In this document: in pieces, positions 1 to 11,178 of the stretch
How the letters are laid out: each line of letters starts with the position of its first letter
Position numbering within the stretch: the stretch's first letter is position 1
Source of the DNA: Octopus sinensis
Taxonomy: Eukaryota
Assembly: GCF_006345805.1 (NCBI RefSeq)
Contig: NC_042997.1
Location: forward strand, 153,450,001 to 153,514,000
Direction of reading: 5' to 3'
Length of the DNA: 64,000 nucleotides
Position numbers and translations under genes: made by a program
The notes under the pieces: generated by a model
What the model saw: only the letters and a program-made list of their open reading frames with translations
What the model was told of the DNA's origin: nothing
Database searches by the model: none

Positions 1-1400
1 CCCACGAAGATATTGGCAGAATCAGTAAAAACTTTTTGGTTGAGTAATTCCTAAGGTTAGTGAACATGTGCGCTTGAATTTGTGGAAGTGTACTTAGTGG
101 GTTGGGGTGATATTTTGGTTCGAAAATGTTAATAAAAGTAGTGTTTCTTTTATACAGTTGGAAACAGAGAAATGCTCGTCACATAAATAAAAAATGACTA
201 AACTATGGTACACATATTGCTTGCTAAGCTCAGTTTTTAAATTACAGGGTTGGAACTTAGGAACCTTGAATTAAAATTGACATATAAAAGATATCAGCAC
301 TGCTGAATACATGAACACTGGACAACTCATTAACAGATAGACATTAACCGACTAGAATTCTCGCAAATTCTTTAACAGGAACGCCAAATTATTAAAAGTA
401 CATTTTTGTCATAACAAAACCTTAAATATAAGTATTCGTAACCGTCTCGATATTGGCTTACATAGCGTTAAAATGAATGTGTGTGCTAGACTAAAGTTCA
501 CATTAGCATTTTCCGAAAGTAAGATTAAGTGAAGATAAAGAAATATAAAAGTTGTTTCTAAAATTTACAATTTGTTGAAAAGATCGGCTTTAATATAATT
601 AAATCGACAAAAGAACGATCCCGGTATAATAGGTTTTTTTTTTCCTTCGGACGTACTTCTCCCCCAGAACACTGAAGGTTCCACCACTTCTGATATAAAA
701 TCACATCAATGTAAAAATAACAACTTTGTCTAAGATCATGATCTCCAAACGAAAATATCCTTATTATCTAAAATCACAGCAATCTATAAATAATAACTTG
801 TATCGTGAAACTAATATAATAATTTATTGAAACAAGAGTGAAGAAAATTTCTTACATTGGACAGTTACAATCAAGTTAACTGCTGTCTAACAGTATGAAA
901 AAATATATATATTGCCAACCATGGTTATATTATGAAATATAATTATTCATTTAAAAAAGCAGTGCTTGAACAAACATGTCTGATCGTGTGTAGCAGTAAG
1001 GTGTCAATGCAGTGTGTATTGGATTGGACAAGTTTCTTACTGGAACTGAATTTTAATATTTTGAAATAGTTTCGATGTGCAAACCACAATGTTCTCTCTG
1101 CAAAATGAAGTGAATAGGTCGGCTAGTTTTCCTGTTAGCAGCTTATTAGATGTGTTTATTTTAACCGATCTACTGAGGGCGATAGCTAACAGTTACCTAT
1201 ATAAAGTCTGTAACGTTCAGTCACTTATAACAATGGACAACAGGTTTAACTTTTGGTCATATTTGCATAGAATCGCGGATTAAGGAAAGTACTAACCACG
1301 GTGTTTCTAGATATCTACATAAATAAATCCATGTGCGTACGTTTGTTAAATATAAATATAGCCTCACTGTGCAAATTGAATTGCCATCCAAAGAAATCAA

Positions 1401-1405
1401 TCTCT

Positions 1406-1500
<95 letters not shown>
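1401..1500. repeat. (CT)n-(CA)n compound microsatellite
   Basis: Direct reading; source of the spurious ER/SL-repeat ORFs at 1257-1530. Confidence 0.97.
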
Positions 1501-1503
<3 letters not shown>

Positions 1504-2069
1504 TTAACTGAACAACAAGCTATAACTTGAGTTTAAAATCTCAAATATTTTTTACTTCACACGCCATTACTCACTTGTTTTGTTACAATGCAATTCTCTC
1601 ATATTAATAACTATTACTCAGTTATGAGTTGTACATGGGATTTTACCTGGTTGGTGCAATGGGCAGCTTTTATTGCTAATTAGCTCGAGGTAAGCCTTGA
1701 GCGAGCAAACGTATACTCAAAGACATTCTAACCATGACAATCCCATCATTTTAAAATCATATAGAACTATATTATTCAATGTGACCATTCCTTATTTAAG
1801 ACAGTAAAGTGTGATTTGAGGAAATCTGGTTGCTATTTCTAGCAGTTGAAGAGGCCATGTAGAAGGCCCTCATTTGTGTCTATATAGCATGGAGCATTAC
1901 TACGATTATTCCCAAAATGATTTATGAACTTTAATTAAATCATATATGTCATAGCATGTAGAATATAATTAATGATTCTGCACAACCATTGTTTACAATT
2001 AAAGTTCACGTTGATCTGGAGATATAACCTATAACAGGTGTCTTTATTCAGATACAATAAAACTGGATT

Positions 2070-2520
2070 CTAATTGTTTAATCATCCAGATAAAGCCAAG
2101 TGTCTACAAAGCTCAAGTGAGATTCAAAATGGAATATTGCTCCCACGTTTAGTTCGGTGTTGCAGCAGCTGTACATACGTGATATATCCAGTGCATCATT
2201 GAGAAATGGTTTCCCTACTGACTTGTTTGTAGTCGCTCACCATTCAACTCAGACCCGTTGTCAGTAAACATGTCTTCTCATTTTTCTTTTATTTTTATTT
2301 TTTGTTTTTCATTCTTAAATGCTACTACTAAGTTATTTGCCCTTTCAACGCTGCCTAATGGCCGAACCTCTCAACAATGAACTAAGCATCATGTCCAGTT
2401 TCCACCCCTACCCCAACCCCCAAACATCACTCCTCTGGAATTCCATTCCTTGGCCATATTTTTTTCTTGCAGTTGTCGACTTTCAGGTATGCAAAGACAT
2501 CAGTCGCCTTCACTTCAGTA
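2070..2520 (+). mobile_element. Degraded 3' fragment of an L2/CR1-group LINE ORF2
   Basis: Translates to YKAQVRFKMEYCSHV (cf. LYK..IRP.LEYCS.VW) and later QTSLLWNSIP...VVDFQVCKDISRL (cf. LWNSLP...FK), motifs of the post-RT region of CR1/L2-group LINEs; broken by stops and frameshifts. Confidence 0.55.
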
Positions 2521-2834
2521 ATCTCTGAAGGCATCCAAAGCCATAAACACGACTCTTTCCTTCAAAGAAAATCATTATTTTTTATTCAAGATACTCAACC
2601 ACAGTCAAACTGCAGAGTCGACGAATAAAAGAAATAAAATTATTATTCCTAGAAGCGATACTGTGTCAGAGTTTATCTTCGCTCAAAATTTTTCAAACTT
2701 AATGATTTTTCTCTCGAGTGATACACTAAATCAAAAAAGTATTTTTTTCTTCCAGAGAAACAACAATAAACTTTTTACTGAGATGAGAACCCTCAGTTTA
2801 ATATTAATATTCTTTCTATTCTGGAACAAGTCCA

Positions 2835-3566
2835 GCAATTTTACATCGACCCCAGTACTTAACTGGTATTTTATCGACTCCGAAAGGATGAAAGATAAAG
2901 TTAACTTCGGCGAGATTTGAACTCAGAACGTAAAGTACTGGAATATATAATGGTTTCAATTTTGGCACAAGGGCAGCAATTTAGAGGGAAATGACTAGTC
3001 GATTACATCGACCCCAGTGTTCAGCTAGTACTTACTTTATCGATCCCGGAAGAATGAAAGGCAAAGTCGACCTCGGCAGAATTTAAACTCAGAACGTAAA
3101 GACAGACGAAATGCCGCCAAGTACGCCAAATCCGACATGCTTACGAGTCTACCAGCTCGATGCCATGTGCAAGAAGAAATACCGCTAAGCATTTTAACGC
3201 ACTAACGATTTTGTCGGGTCACCACTTTCTTTAAAATGATTGTTTCTAACTTTGATACAATGCCAGAAATTTGGAGGGAAGTGGGGAATTGATTATATCG
3301 ACCCAGTACTTATTTAATTAATTGGGTCTTTATTTTATCGATCTGGAAAGGACGAAAGGCGAAGTTGACCCCGGCAGAATTTGAACTAAGACCTAATATC
3401 CTTTTCTACTCTAGGCACAAGGCCCGAAAATCTTTGAGGAAGGGATCAGTCGATTAGATCGACTCTAGTACGCAAATGGTACTTAATTTATCGACCCCGA
3501 AAGGATGAAAGGCAATATCGAACTCGGCGGAATGTGAACTCAGAACATAGAGACAGACGAAATACC
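2835..3566 (-). mobile_element. Cluster of about four co-oriented tRNA-derived SINE copies (tail type B)
   Basis: Repeated body GATGAAAGGCAAAGTCGACCTCGGC-GAATTTGAACTCAGAACG (B box GAGTTCAAAT on the minus strand) at about 2885, 3055, 3355 and 3505; tails of the GGCACAAGGCC type. Confidence 0.85.
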
Positions 3567-6006
3567 AATTTCTTTATTGCCCACAGGGGGCCAAACACAG
3601 AAATGGACAAAACAACTGATTGGGATCAGTAATACGTTATGATTTTACATAAAATATGAATATAAAAATTATTTTTAAAAAATCTAATGAAATTAAAAAT
3701 ACAGAGACAACACAGATGTAGCGATGATCAGGCCAAACTCCGACCCCAAAGGGCCTGATCTATCGCAGGTATCTTTTTTTTGTTCTTTTATATCCTATTC
3801 ACACGGTTCCTTGCACGCACAACACTCGTGCAACATGCTTCCATCTCTTTCTAAACATACTCTCCTACAGACACCTCTTCTCCAGCCACACCTTCCTTTT
3901 CAAATGAAAAGTAAAATCTGATCTTAAATCGTGGCCGGAGATAAAGTTGCCTGTCTTAATTCCTTTTATCCTAGTCTTCCATACTGACTCTTCTGCTATT
4001 GCTACAACCGTGAGAAAACAATTCTTTCCTTCGTTTGTTAAAACTTCCGGTGAGTCAATTTTTATAATTGACTCAGCCGACAGCTGTACTCTTCCTTCGC
4101 CGGACAACAGGTGTTCAGCATAAGCTCACATTTCAGATATCTCCGGACACTGGACAATAGCGTGAGGGACGGTTTCCCTGTCTCCCCCACATCTTGGATA
4201 GGTCGGAAACTGACGCTTACCATGTCTTGCGTGCTTATCCCAAACGGGCAAGGCACCTCTGTAACATTACCTGGTCAAGGACTTTTGGAAGTTGTCCAAC
4301 GTATTCAACCCGAATGTACAATGGAACAGGCTGTCCAGTTGAATATACCCGAGACCTAGAGTCGCCCCCAGGCCATCGTCACATTCAGACTCTACCAACT
4401 CACTATATAAAATTCGTGTAGAGCCCACATCGCTGGCGTTGCCCGAGCCCGGAATAGCAGGATGGCCTTACGGCACTTTTTATGTAATTCACTCCACCTC
4501 CGTCTACGAAAACACCAGGCTTCCTGTTCGCAATAACTTTTGATCTCGGGGGAACATTTGTCTGGCCAGCGGAGACTACACCCGTTCACCATCCAGGAGA
4601 ATCCAGAGATGCCTCAACATCCACGCATACCTGCGCATCATTAACAAAGGCATCCTTAAACCTCCCTTCAACGGCTTTTGACAACAGACAGAGCGTTTCA
4701 CAAGTGGCGACCTGCCCTTCCACAAAAAGCGAAAGAGCTGTCTCTCCAACCTGATCAACCATGAATCCGGACAGGGCACGACGGTCAGGCGGTAGGTAAT
4801 GACCGATGCGATAAACACACTGGCCACTTCCGCCCTCCCTTTCAGGGATAGCCACCGACAAGACTAGGTCTTGACTACCTCAGCCACCCTGCTCGAAACC
4901 TCCGTCCAGTTCTTCTCTATCCGGAGGCCTGGTCCAAACCAGACTCCCAGCAAGTTAACCGGTCCCTCTGTCCAGCGCCGAACAACGCTGTCTGTCAACC
5001 CATAACGTTGGGTGCATAAATTGCAACCAGCCTGATTTTCTTGCTACCACTGAATATCAGGTCGAGAACGACCAACCTGCCTTCTGGATTAGAAAAAAAA
5101 AACAACTTTTTCTCGGCTACCCGGTTTCTTTTTAGTAGGATCAACACATCAACCCACCTCCCGCCTGACTCGGAGAAACTTATTTCTCATATCTGTTCAG
5201 GATGGGGAACAGATTTCTTGGCTCCTTCACCCAGTTTTCCGTTACAACAATCACATCCAATTTTCTTGACCTGCTGTCATTTAGAAAGCGCCCATGCTTC
5301 CAGCTATACATCAGGCCACGAACATTTACACAACCATTGTGAATAGACATTACTTACATATTTATTCTGGGGTGTCCTGTGGAGAGGGCCTCTCCACCTT
5401 TTCTTGACATAAGGTCGGAGGTGGCAAGTCTTGAAAAATGAATGGATTAAAATCCAATCTCATCATCGACACCGACTTTCTATACGTGTTAAGTAATACA
5501 TTGAGTCTTTTTATCCATTTCGTAGAACTCGTAGTTCTTATATTTATCAGAAAGTTCTGCAATCCAAGCGGCTGATTTTTTCGCTTTTATTTCTCTCATT
5601 AAATCTTCATTTTTGCTGTATAACGCGACTATCCTTCTGTCTTCTGTTTCCTTCCTTACAATTTTAGTTTGTCTTCGCAGTTTTTTTTTTGTCTTAATTC
5701 GACCTGTTTTTGTTGATTTGAGCTTTCCATTTTTCTCTTGTTGTTAGTTGCTTTCTTTTCTTCTGTTTCTTTCTCTCTCCTCTTCCTCACCATCGGATTC
5801 TTCCTCGCCGTCTCTATAGTGTTTTTATATGGCCCAGCTGGCCACACTGGAAACATCGAGGCTTACGCACCTCGACGAATACGTTAAGGAATTCTTCCCC
5901 AATTTCTATTTTCTCCGGTAACTGTTCTAAAATTGACTGTTCTGCTTGTATTAGGAGGTGAACCGTTTGACCGGTTCAGTAAGCCTTTTCTGTGACGGTA
6001 GCCTGC
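3567..6006 (-). mobile_element. 5'-truncated, internally deleted Tx1/L1-clade LINE (ORF1 zinc knuckle, APE N-terminus, post-RT C-terminus, 3' UTR)
   Basis: Minus strand: ORF1 ...EKIEIGEEFLNVFVEVRKPRCFQCGQLGHIKTL (decayed CCHC, about 5820-5960); APE CVNVRGL...LDVIVVTE and PEGRLVVLD...RLVAIYAPN (5000-5345); then RWTEGPVNLLGVWFG...LFRFLWKGR...KGGLRMP; FQKSL...CYRGALPV; FTFHLKRK...RKRWKHVARV*, stop at 3799-3801. Many stops and frameshifts. Confidence 0.85.
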
Positions 6007-6121
6007 AGGATGAAAGGCAAAGTCGACCTCGGCGGAATTTGAACTCAGAACGTAACGGCAGACGAAATACGGCTACGCATTTCGCCCGGCGTGCTGACGT
6101 TTCTGACAGCTCGTCACCTTT
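6007..6121 (-). mobile_element. tRNA-derived SINE head and partial body, abutting the LINE 5' end
   Basis: Minus strand GACGAGCTGTCAGAAACG (A box)...GAGTTCAAATTCC (B box)...CTTTCATCCT, then LINE sequence. Confidence 0.85.
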
Positions 6122-7399
6122 CGGACTTAATATCATTTCGGACACTGAGACCTTGCAAGTAGACATTTTAAGAATAGTTGTTTATCAATCCCGTATTCAA
6201 TTTCTTTCTTTTTTTTTTTTACCTCTCAATGTCCTTCAACGGATTATCAATTCTGTGTAATTCAGAGAGATTTAACGCTCATGCTCTTGCTATCTGAAAT
6301 TTGTGAAGTGTTATAAGCAATTGCTAATCGAACGCAGTTCGTAGAGAATTCACTTGAGTACTATCAACACTACGGTACTTGCTGACAATATATCATCGGT
6401 ATAATTACCGCTGCCTGTTGCATTTTTAATTAAACACGAACTAGTGCTAAAAATAAAATGCATCCTTATATTTAAAGACTGTAGTAGTCATTGTTAACCT
6501 ACATCTAAAATTGAATAGCTTCAGAAATTGTACGATAACAGGGAAACATTCATATCTAGTATCGTCCGTGACTTAAGAAGGATAAAAAATAGTTTCCATA
6601 ACGATAGCTGCTTTGTTCACTTTTAATGTAGGCCTCTCTCTCTCTCTTTCTTCCTCTCGTATTAATGTTGTTTGACATCATAAAATGTATGGCTCAAATC
6701 TTCACTTCCTTAAATATGCTTTAGTTCTTTGTATCCAGTTTGTATTCATATATTTTCATTTATTTCCTTGTTTCATGTTTCAATAAAAAAAAAATAGCGA
6801 GATGTGGGTCAGTGTTGTGTACTTTCTAACCATTGAAGCATGCATTAAGAGTTTTAATTAAGAAAAATTATGTGACTTTTATCTTCTCAATGAAATTATT
6901 TCTTGTATAATTTCTTGTCGAGTGTTTCCGTATAACTTTTTCAATAACATTTTAATACAATCCATTAAAGATAATTACTTCTTGTCTCGTCAAAAAATGC
7001 AATCGCTTTGAATTTTTTTCTACATTAATTTTTGTTTGCTTTCACTGTATTTCATGCTTGTGTGTTTAGCTTTCGTTTGCTTACTTTGGGTTGTTTATTT
7101 ATCTTTCACTTGTTTCCTTTACTTTCAATTAAAATCCACTTATTTTTCATGAGATTCTGCTTGAGATACGTAGTATTTCAGAGGCCAATTATAAAATCAA
7201 AGTTTATCAATATGTTCCACATATTTTATTACAACTACGAGGTTTATATTTAGATAAAAGTATTTACTTTTAATAAACTTTAAAACAAATGTTACTTTGA
7301 TGAAGGATGTATTTTAGAGTTCAAGTAAAATATATTGACTAATATGCTGCATATTATACAATATAATCAACAATTATTCCCAACTGCTTTCAACCAACA

Positions 7400-7760
7400 T
7401 GACTTAATATAACATATTTTTCTAACATCGCATCTTTACGTGGTTTTAAATCCACAGTCCAAATTTTTTACCACTTCAATTGCAGTTCTGTTAATCTAAT
7501 TACATAGATGAGATCGGTCAGCGACTGGTTAACCACTTCTGTAGGCAACTGTTAAATGTCCACAATACCGTACGTGATTGTGAAATCCATAATTAATCAC
7601 TTCAAGTCATCTAGCTATTTCCCGCCTCACAACTTCACCGTCTACAGTTTACCAGCACCATGGTCCACTCAGTTGGCAGCCCACCAACATAGCGAACAGC
7701 GGTTCAATTTCAAATTAGGAAACTCGAGCCCTAACAGTTTGAATACTCATATACTGTAAC
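7400..7760 (+). mobile_element. Penelope-like (Neptune-type) GIY-YIG endonuclease remnant
   Basis: HFNCSSVNLI..YIDEIGQRL (cf. FTC.S.NLIY...YIGETGRRL) and EQRFNFKLGNSSPNSLN (cf. EQ.LIF.LGT..P.GLN); degraded. Confidence 0.6.
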
Positions 7761-8480
7761 TCCGTCATTCATACTATCCGATCTTCCGACCGTCCCCGTG
7801 AATTTTTCCATCTCATTTCCTTACTTGTTTATTCTTTGAAACTGTGTTTGTGTCCATCTCTGTCTGAGACACACCACACAATCAGCCCTTCTTCCCATGA
7901 CCTATCACACCAACCACTTCCCATTCTTAGCAAACTCATACCACACTTCTTTCCTCTCGCAAGCTTTTCTACACTCTCTTCCTTCACATTCCACACAATT
8001 AACTAACTGTCTGATTCACTGTAACTACCTCTCCGTCGTGCTTCCAGTCGTAGCCTTTTCTTCCTTCACTTCTTTACCTGGCACGTCGGCATGGGTATGA
8101 GACGATGTGCCGCTACTGTTTTGGTGCCGTCTAGTTGGCGTTGCTGATTCAACACTGACTTATCTGACATGAGGGATTTTGTCCCCGGGATCTTTTGGCA
8201 CAGTGAGAATTTTGAATTATTTTAGTCGACAAATTGTAATCACAAGTACTAAACAACACGATTAGTAAATTATATTTCACTTTCTACTTCACTTAATATA
8301 CGTATATGTAGATGCCTGGTGAAATATTGACAAAATGCGGATTTTTTTTTCCTCGCTATGAATTTCTGAACACTTTGATAAAGTAGAACTGACAGTGAAT
8401 TTAAATGTTGGTGTTGTGGACATAAAAATCGCTGAGAGGAAAAAAGAGAAACATTAATTATTACCGATTGCTGCAGAACT

Positions 8481-8580
8481 TGTGTGTGTGTGTGTGTGTG
8501 TGTGTAGGTGTGTGTGTAGGTGTGTGTGTGTAGGTGTGTATGTGTAGGTGTGTGTGTGTAGGTGTGTGTGTGTGTGTGTA
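8481..8580. repeat. (GT)n/(GTAG) compound microsatellite
   Basis: Direct reading. Confidence 0.95.
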
Positions 8581-9124
8581 GCATATTTCTTTTGTATGAG
8601 TATCAGGAAAGGGTAAGTGTTCATGTCAATCGGGTTCAATTAATAAATTCTATTGCGTGTATGTGTACGCATCTCTTTCTCTCTCTCTCTCACTCTCTCT
8701 CTTTTTCTCTCTCTCTCTCTCTTAAGAAAGTATGATGTTGAAGAAATGCGTGTTGTGGAGAAATATCGCTATAAACGGCAATTAGGAAACTGTTGATCAA
8801 AAGGAGAATGAGCTTGAATTTAAAATTAATAAAATGAAGATTCGATATCGCTAACTTACTGAAAGGAGGAAATTTTTTACCACAATTCCGTGCTAACTAT
8901 ACATTTGCAATGATCGCTCGAAATATTGTTGATGTCAATGTAGAATTAGCAATTATATATACAGGGGTGCTAAAGCCTAATTAATTAGTTGCGTACCAAA
9001 ATGTACAACAGAGGCATCTAAATAACATGCAATCGCTAATAGGTTTGGAGAAACCTACACATCTACTTCCAGAATGTATTCTAAATTCAAATACAAGAAC
9101 AAAAAGTGACTAGAAATGTAGCTT

Positions 9125-9870
9125 TCAAATTTTGATACAAGGCCAACAAGCTCGGGGGTGGGAGTAAGTCGACGTCATCGACCCCGGTGCTAGCTCGTAC
9201 CTATTTTATCAACTCCGAACGGATGAAAGGCAAAGTCGACCACAGTGGAAGTTAAACTCAGAACGTAAGGTCAAACGAAATACCTATTTCTTTACTACCC
9301 ACAAGGGGCTAAGCACAGAGGGGACAAACAAGGACGGACAAACAGATTAAGTCGATTATATCGGTCCCAGTGCGTATCTGGTACTTAATTTATCGACACG
9401 GAAAGGATGAAAGGCAAAGTCGACCTCGGCGGAATTTGAACTAAGAACGTAACGGCAGACGAAATACCTATTTCTTTACTACCCACCAGGGGCTAAAGAC
9501 AGGGAACAAACAAGGACAGACAAACGGATTAAGTCGATTATATCGACCTCAGCGCGTAGTTGGTACATATTTATCGACCCCGAAAGGATGAAAGGCAAAG
9601 TCGACCTCACCGGAATTTGAACTCAGAACGTAACGGCAGACGAAATACCTATTTCTTTACTACCCACAAGAGACTAAACACATAGGAGACGAACAAGGAT
9701 TAAGTCGATTACATCGACTCCAGTGCGTAACTCGTACTTAATTTATCGCCCCCGAAAGGATGAAAGGCAAAGTCGACCTCGGCGGAATTTGAACTCAGAA
9801 CGTAACGGTAGACGAAATACCGCGAAGCATTTATCCCGTCGTGCTAACGATTCTGCTAGCTCGCTGGCTT
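9125..9870 (-). mobile_element. Head-to-tail SINE array: one head, three tail-A units and one older tail-B unit
   Basis: Units of about 170-185 bp joined at GACGAAATACC|TATTTCTTTAC at 9284/5, 9468/9 and 9649/50; single tRNA-like head at 9821-9870. Confidence 0.92.
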
Positions 9871-9884
9871 AGAAATAAGAAATT

Positions 9885-10040
9885 ATGATTTCAATTTTTG
9901 GTACCAGGTCATTAAGTTATGGGGAAGGGTTAGTCGATTACATTGAACCCCCACCCACCCCGAGCTCAAATGACGCTTTTCTATCGACCCCGAACTGTGG
10001 AAAGGCAAAGTCGAGGTAAAGACGGTGGAAATGCCGCTAA
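9885..10040 (-). mobile_element. Degenerate SINE copy (tail B)
   Basis: TAGTCGATTACAT...TATCGACCCCGAA...GAAAGGCAAAGTCGA. Confidence 0.65.
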
Positions 10041-10259
10041 ATTAAGAGTGTTAACAGGTATCACAGTTAAACCTCCCACACAGTACTTTGTGACCCACTT
10101 CTTTAAACATTAATAAATAAAATGCAGCGTCTACGAGGAGAGGAAAACAAACATTTAGACAGAAAACATTTCCTCCAGTTTGATTTGATAAATCCGTATT
10201 TTCAACTTTTGAAATCTGTGTATTTTGAAGTACATCTCTGTTGTGTTTGTGTATATAAA

Positions 10260-10320
<61 letters not shown>

Positions 10321-10424
10321 TGTGTGTGTGCGCGCGCCTATATATATGTGTGTGTGTGCCTGTATATATATATATGAATGTGTGTATGCCTATGTATATG
10401 TGTGTATGTGCCTATTCATATATA

Positions 10425-10628
10425 TTGGGTTGGTGCAAAGAATAAAAACATGTAACAAAAACACCTTTAATTGATTATTCCAGAGCATATTCACCATATA
10501 CTTCAATTACTGCTTCCCATTTGCTTGGCAGACGGTCAGGCTATCGTTTAAAAATGTTTGTGTTAAATATTGCTATGGTTAAATAAAATTTGTTGAAAAA
10601 AAGCCGCAATAATTATGCACCAACCCAA
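10425..10628 (-). mobile_element. Mariner-derived MITE
   Basis: TIRs TTGGGTTGGTGCA / TGCACCAACCCAA flanked by TA; internal minus strand encodes a transposase C-terminal remnant DRLPSKWEAVIEVYGEYALE*. Confidence 0.85.
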
Positions 10629-10694
10629 TATATGTGTATGTCTATATACATATGTACTTGTGTTTGTTTGTATACATGTGTGTGTGTGTGCCTT

Positions 10695-10762
<68 letters not shown>

Positions 10763-10788
10763 AAAAAAGCAACAAGAATGGATTAAAA

Positions 10789-10876
10789 TCTCGGTACGAT
10801 CGTTTCGTACGAGGACATCTTTAATAAGCTACAAAAAATGCAGTGAATACAGATGGCTCGTACTCGTCAGTCGAAA
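10789..10876 (-). ncRNA. Type I hammerhead ribozyme (inverted pLTR copy, stem I mismatch)
   Basis: Reverse-complement copy of the 14869-14956 motif; a G>A change at 10871 breaks the innermost stem I pair. Confidence 0.7.
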
Positions 10877-11178
10877 AAACATCAGAGAATTCCCAAACAT
10901 CAAAAGGGGTAGATACAAAAGAGGTTGTAAGATTAGCTGCATTGAAGAAAGTTCGATTCATGGAGATCCGATGAAAGGTTTTAAACTTACAGAATTTATG
11001 CATGTCTACATATAGCTCATATTGAATATTTGATCAAGTTGTGTGAAGAAATTTTCGGATACAGTCATGCAAAATTTCTGAAAATCTGAGTAAGAGGCAA
11101 AGTGACTGCCATATCATGTAGAGGAAAGTCTGAGTAAAAGCAAAGTGACTGTCATATCGTGTAGAGGAACATATTTCC

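Noticed and set aside
9125-9870. Regularly spaced repeats resembling a CRISPR array
   Set aside because: Units are about 180-bp SINE bodies with no unique spacers, there are no cas genes and the context is eukaryotic.
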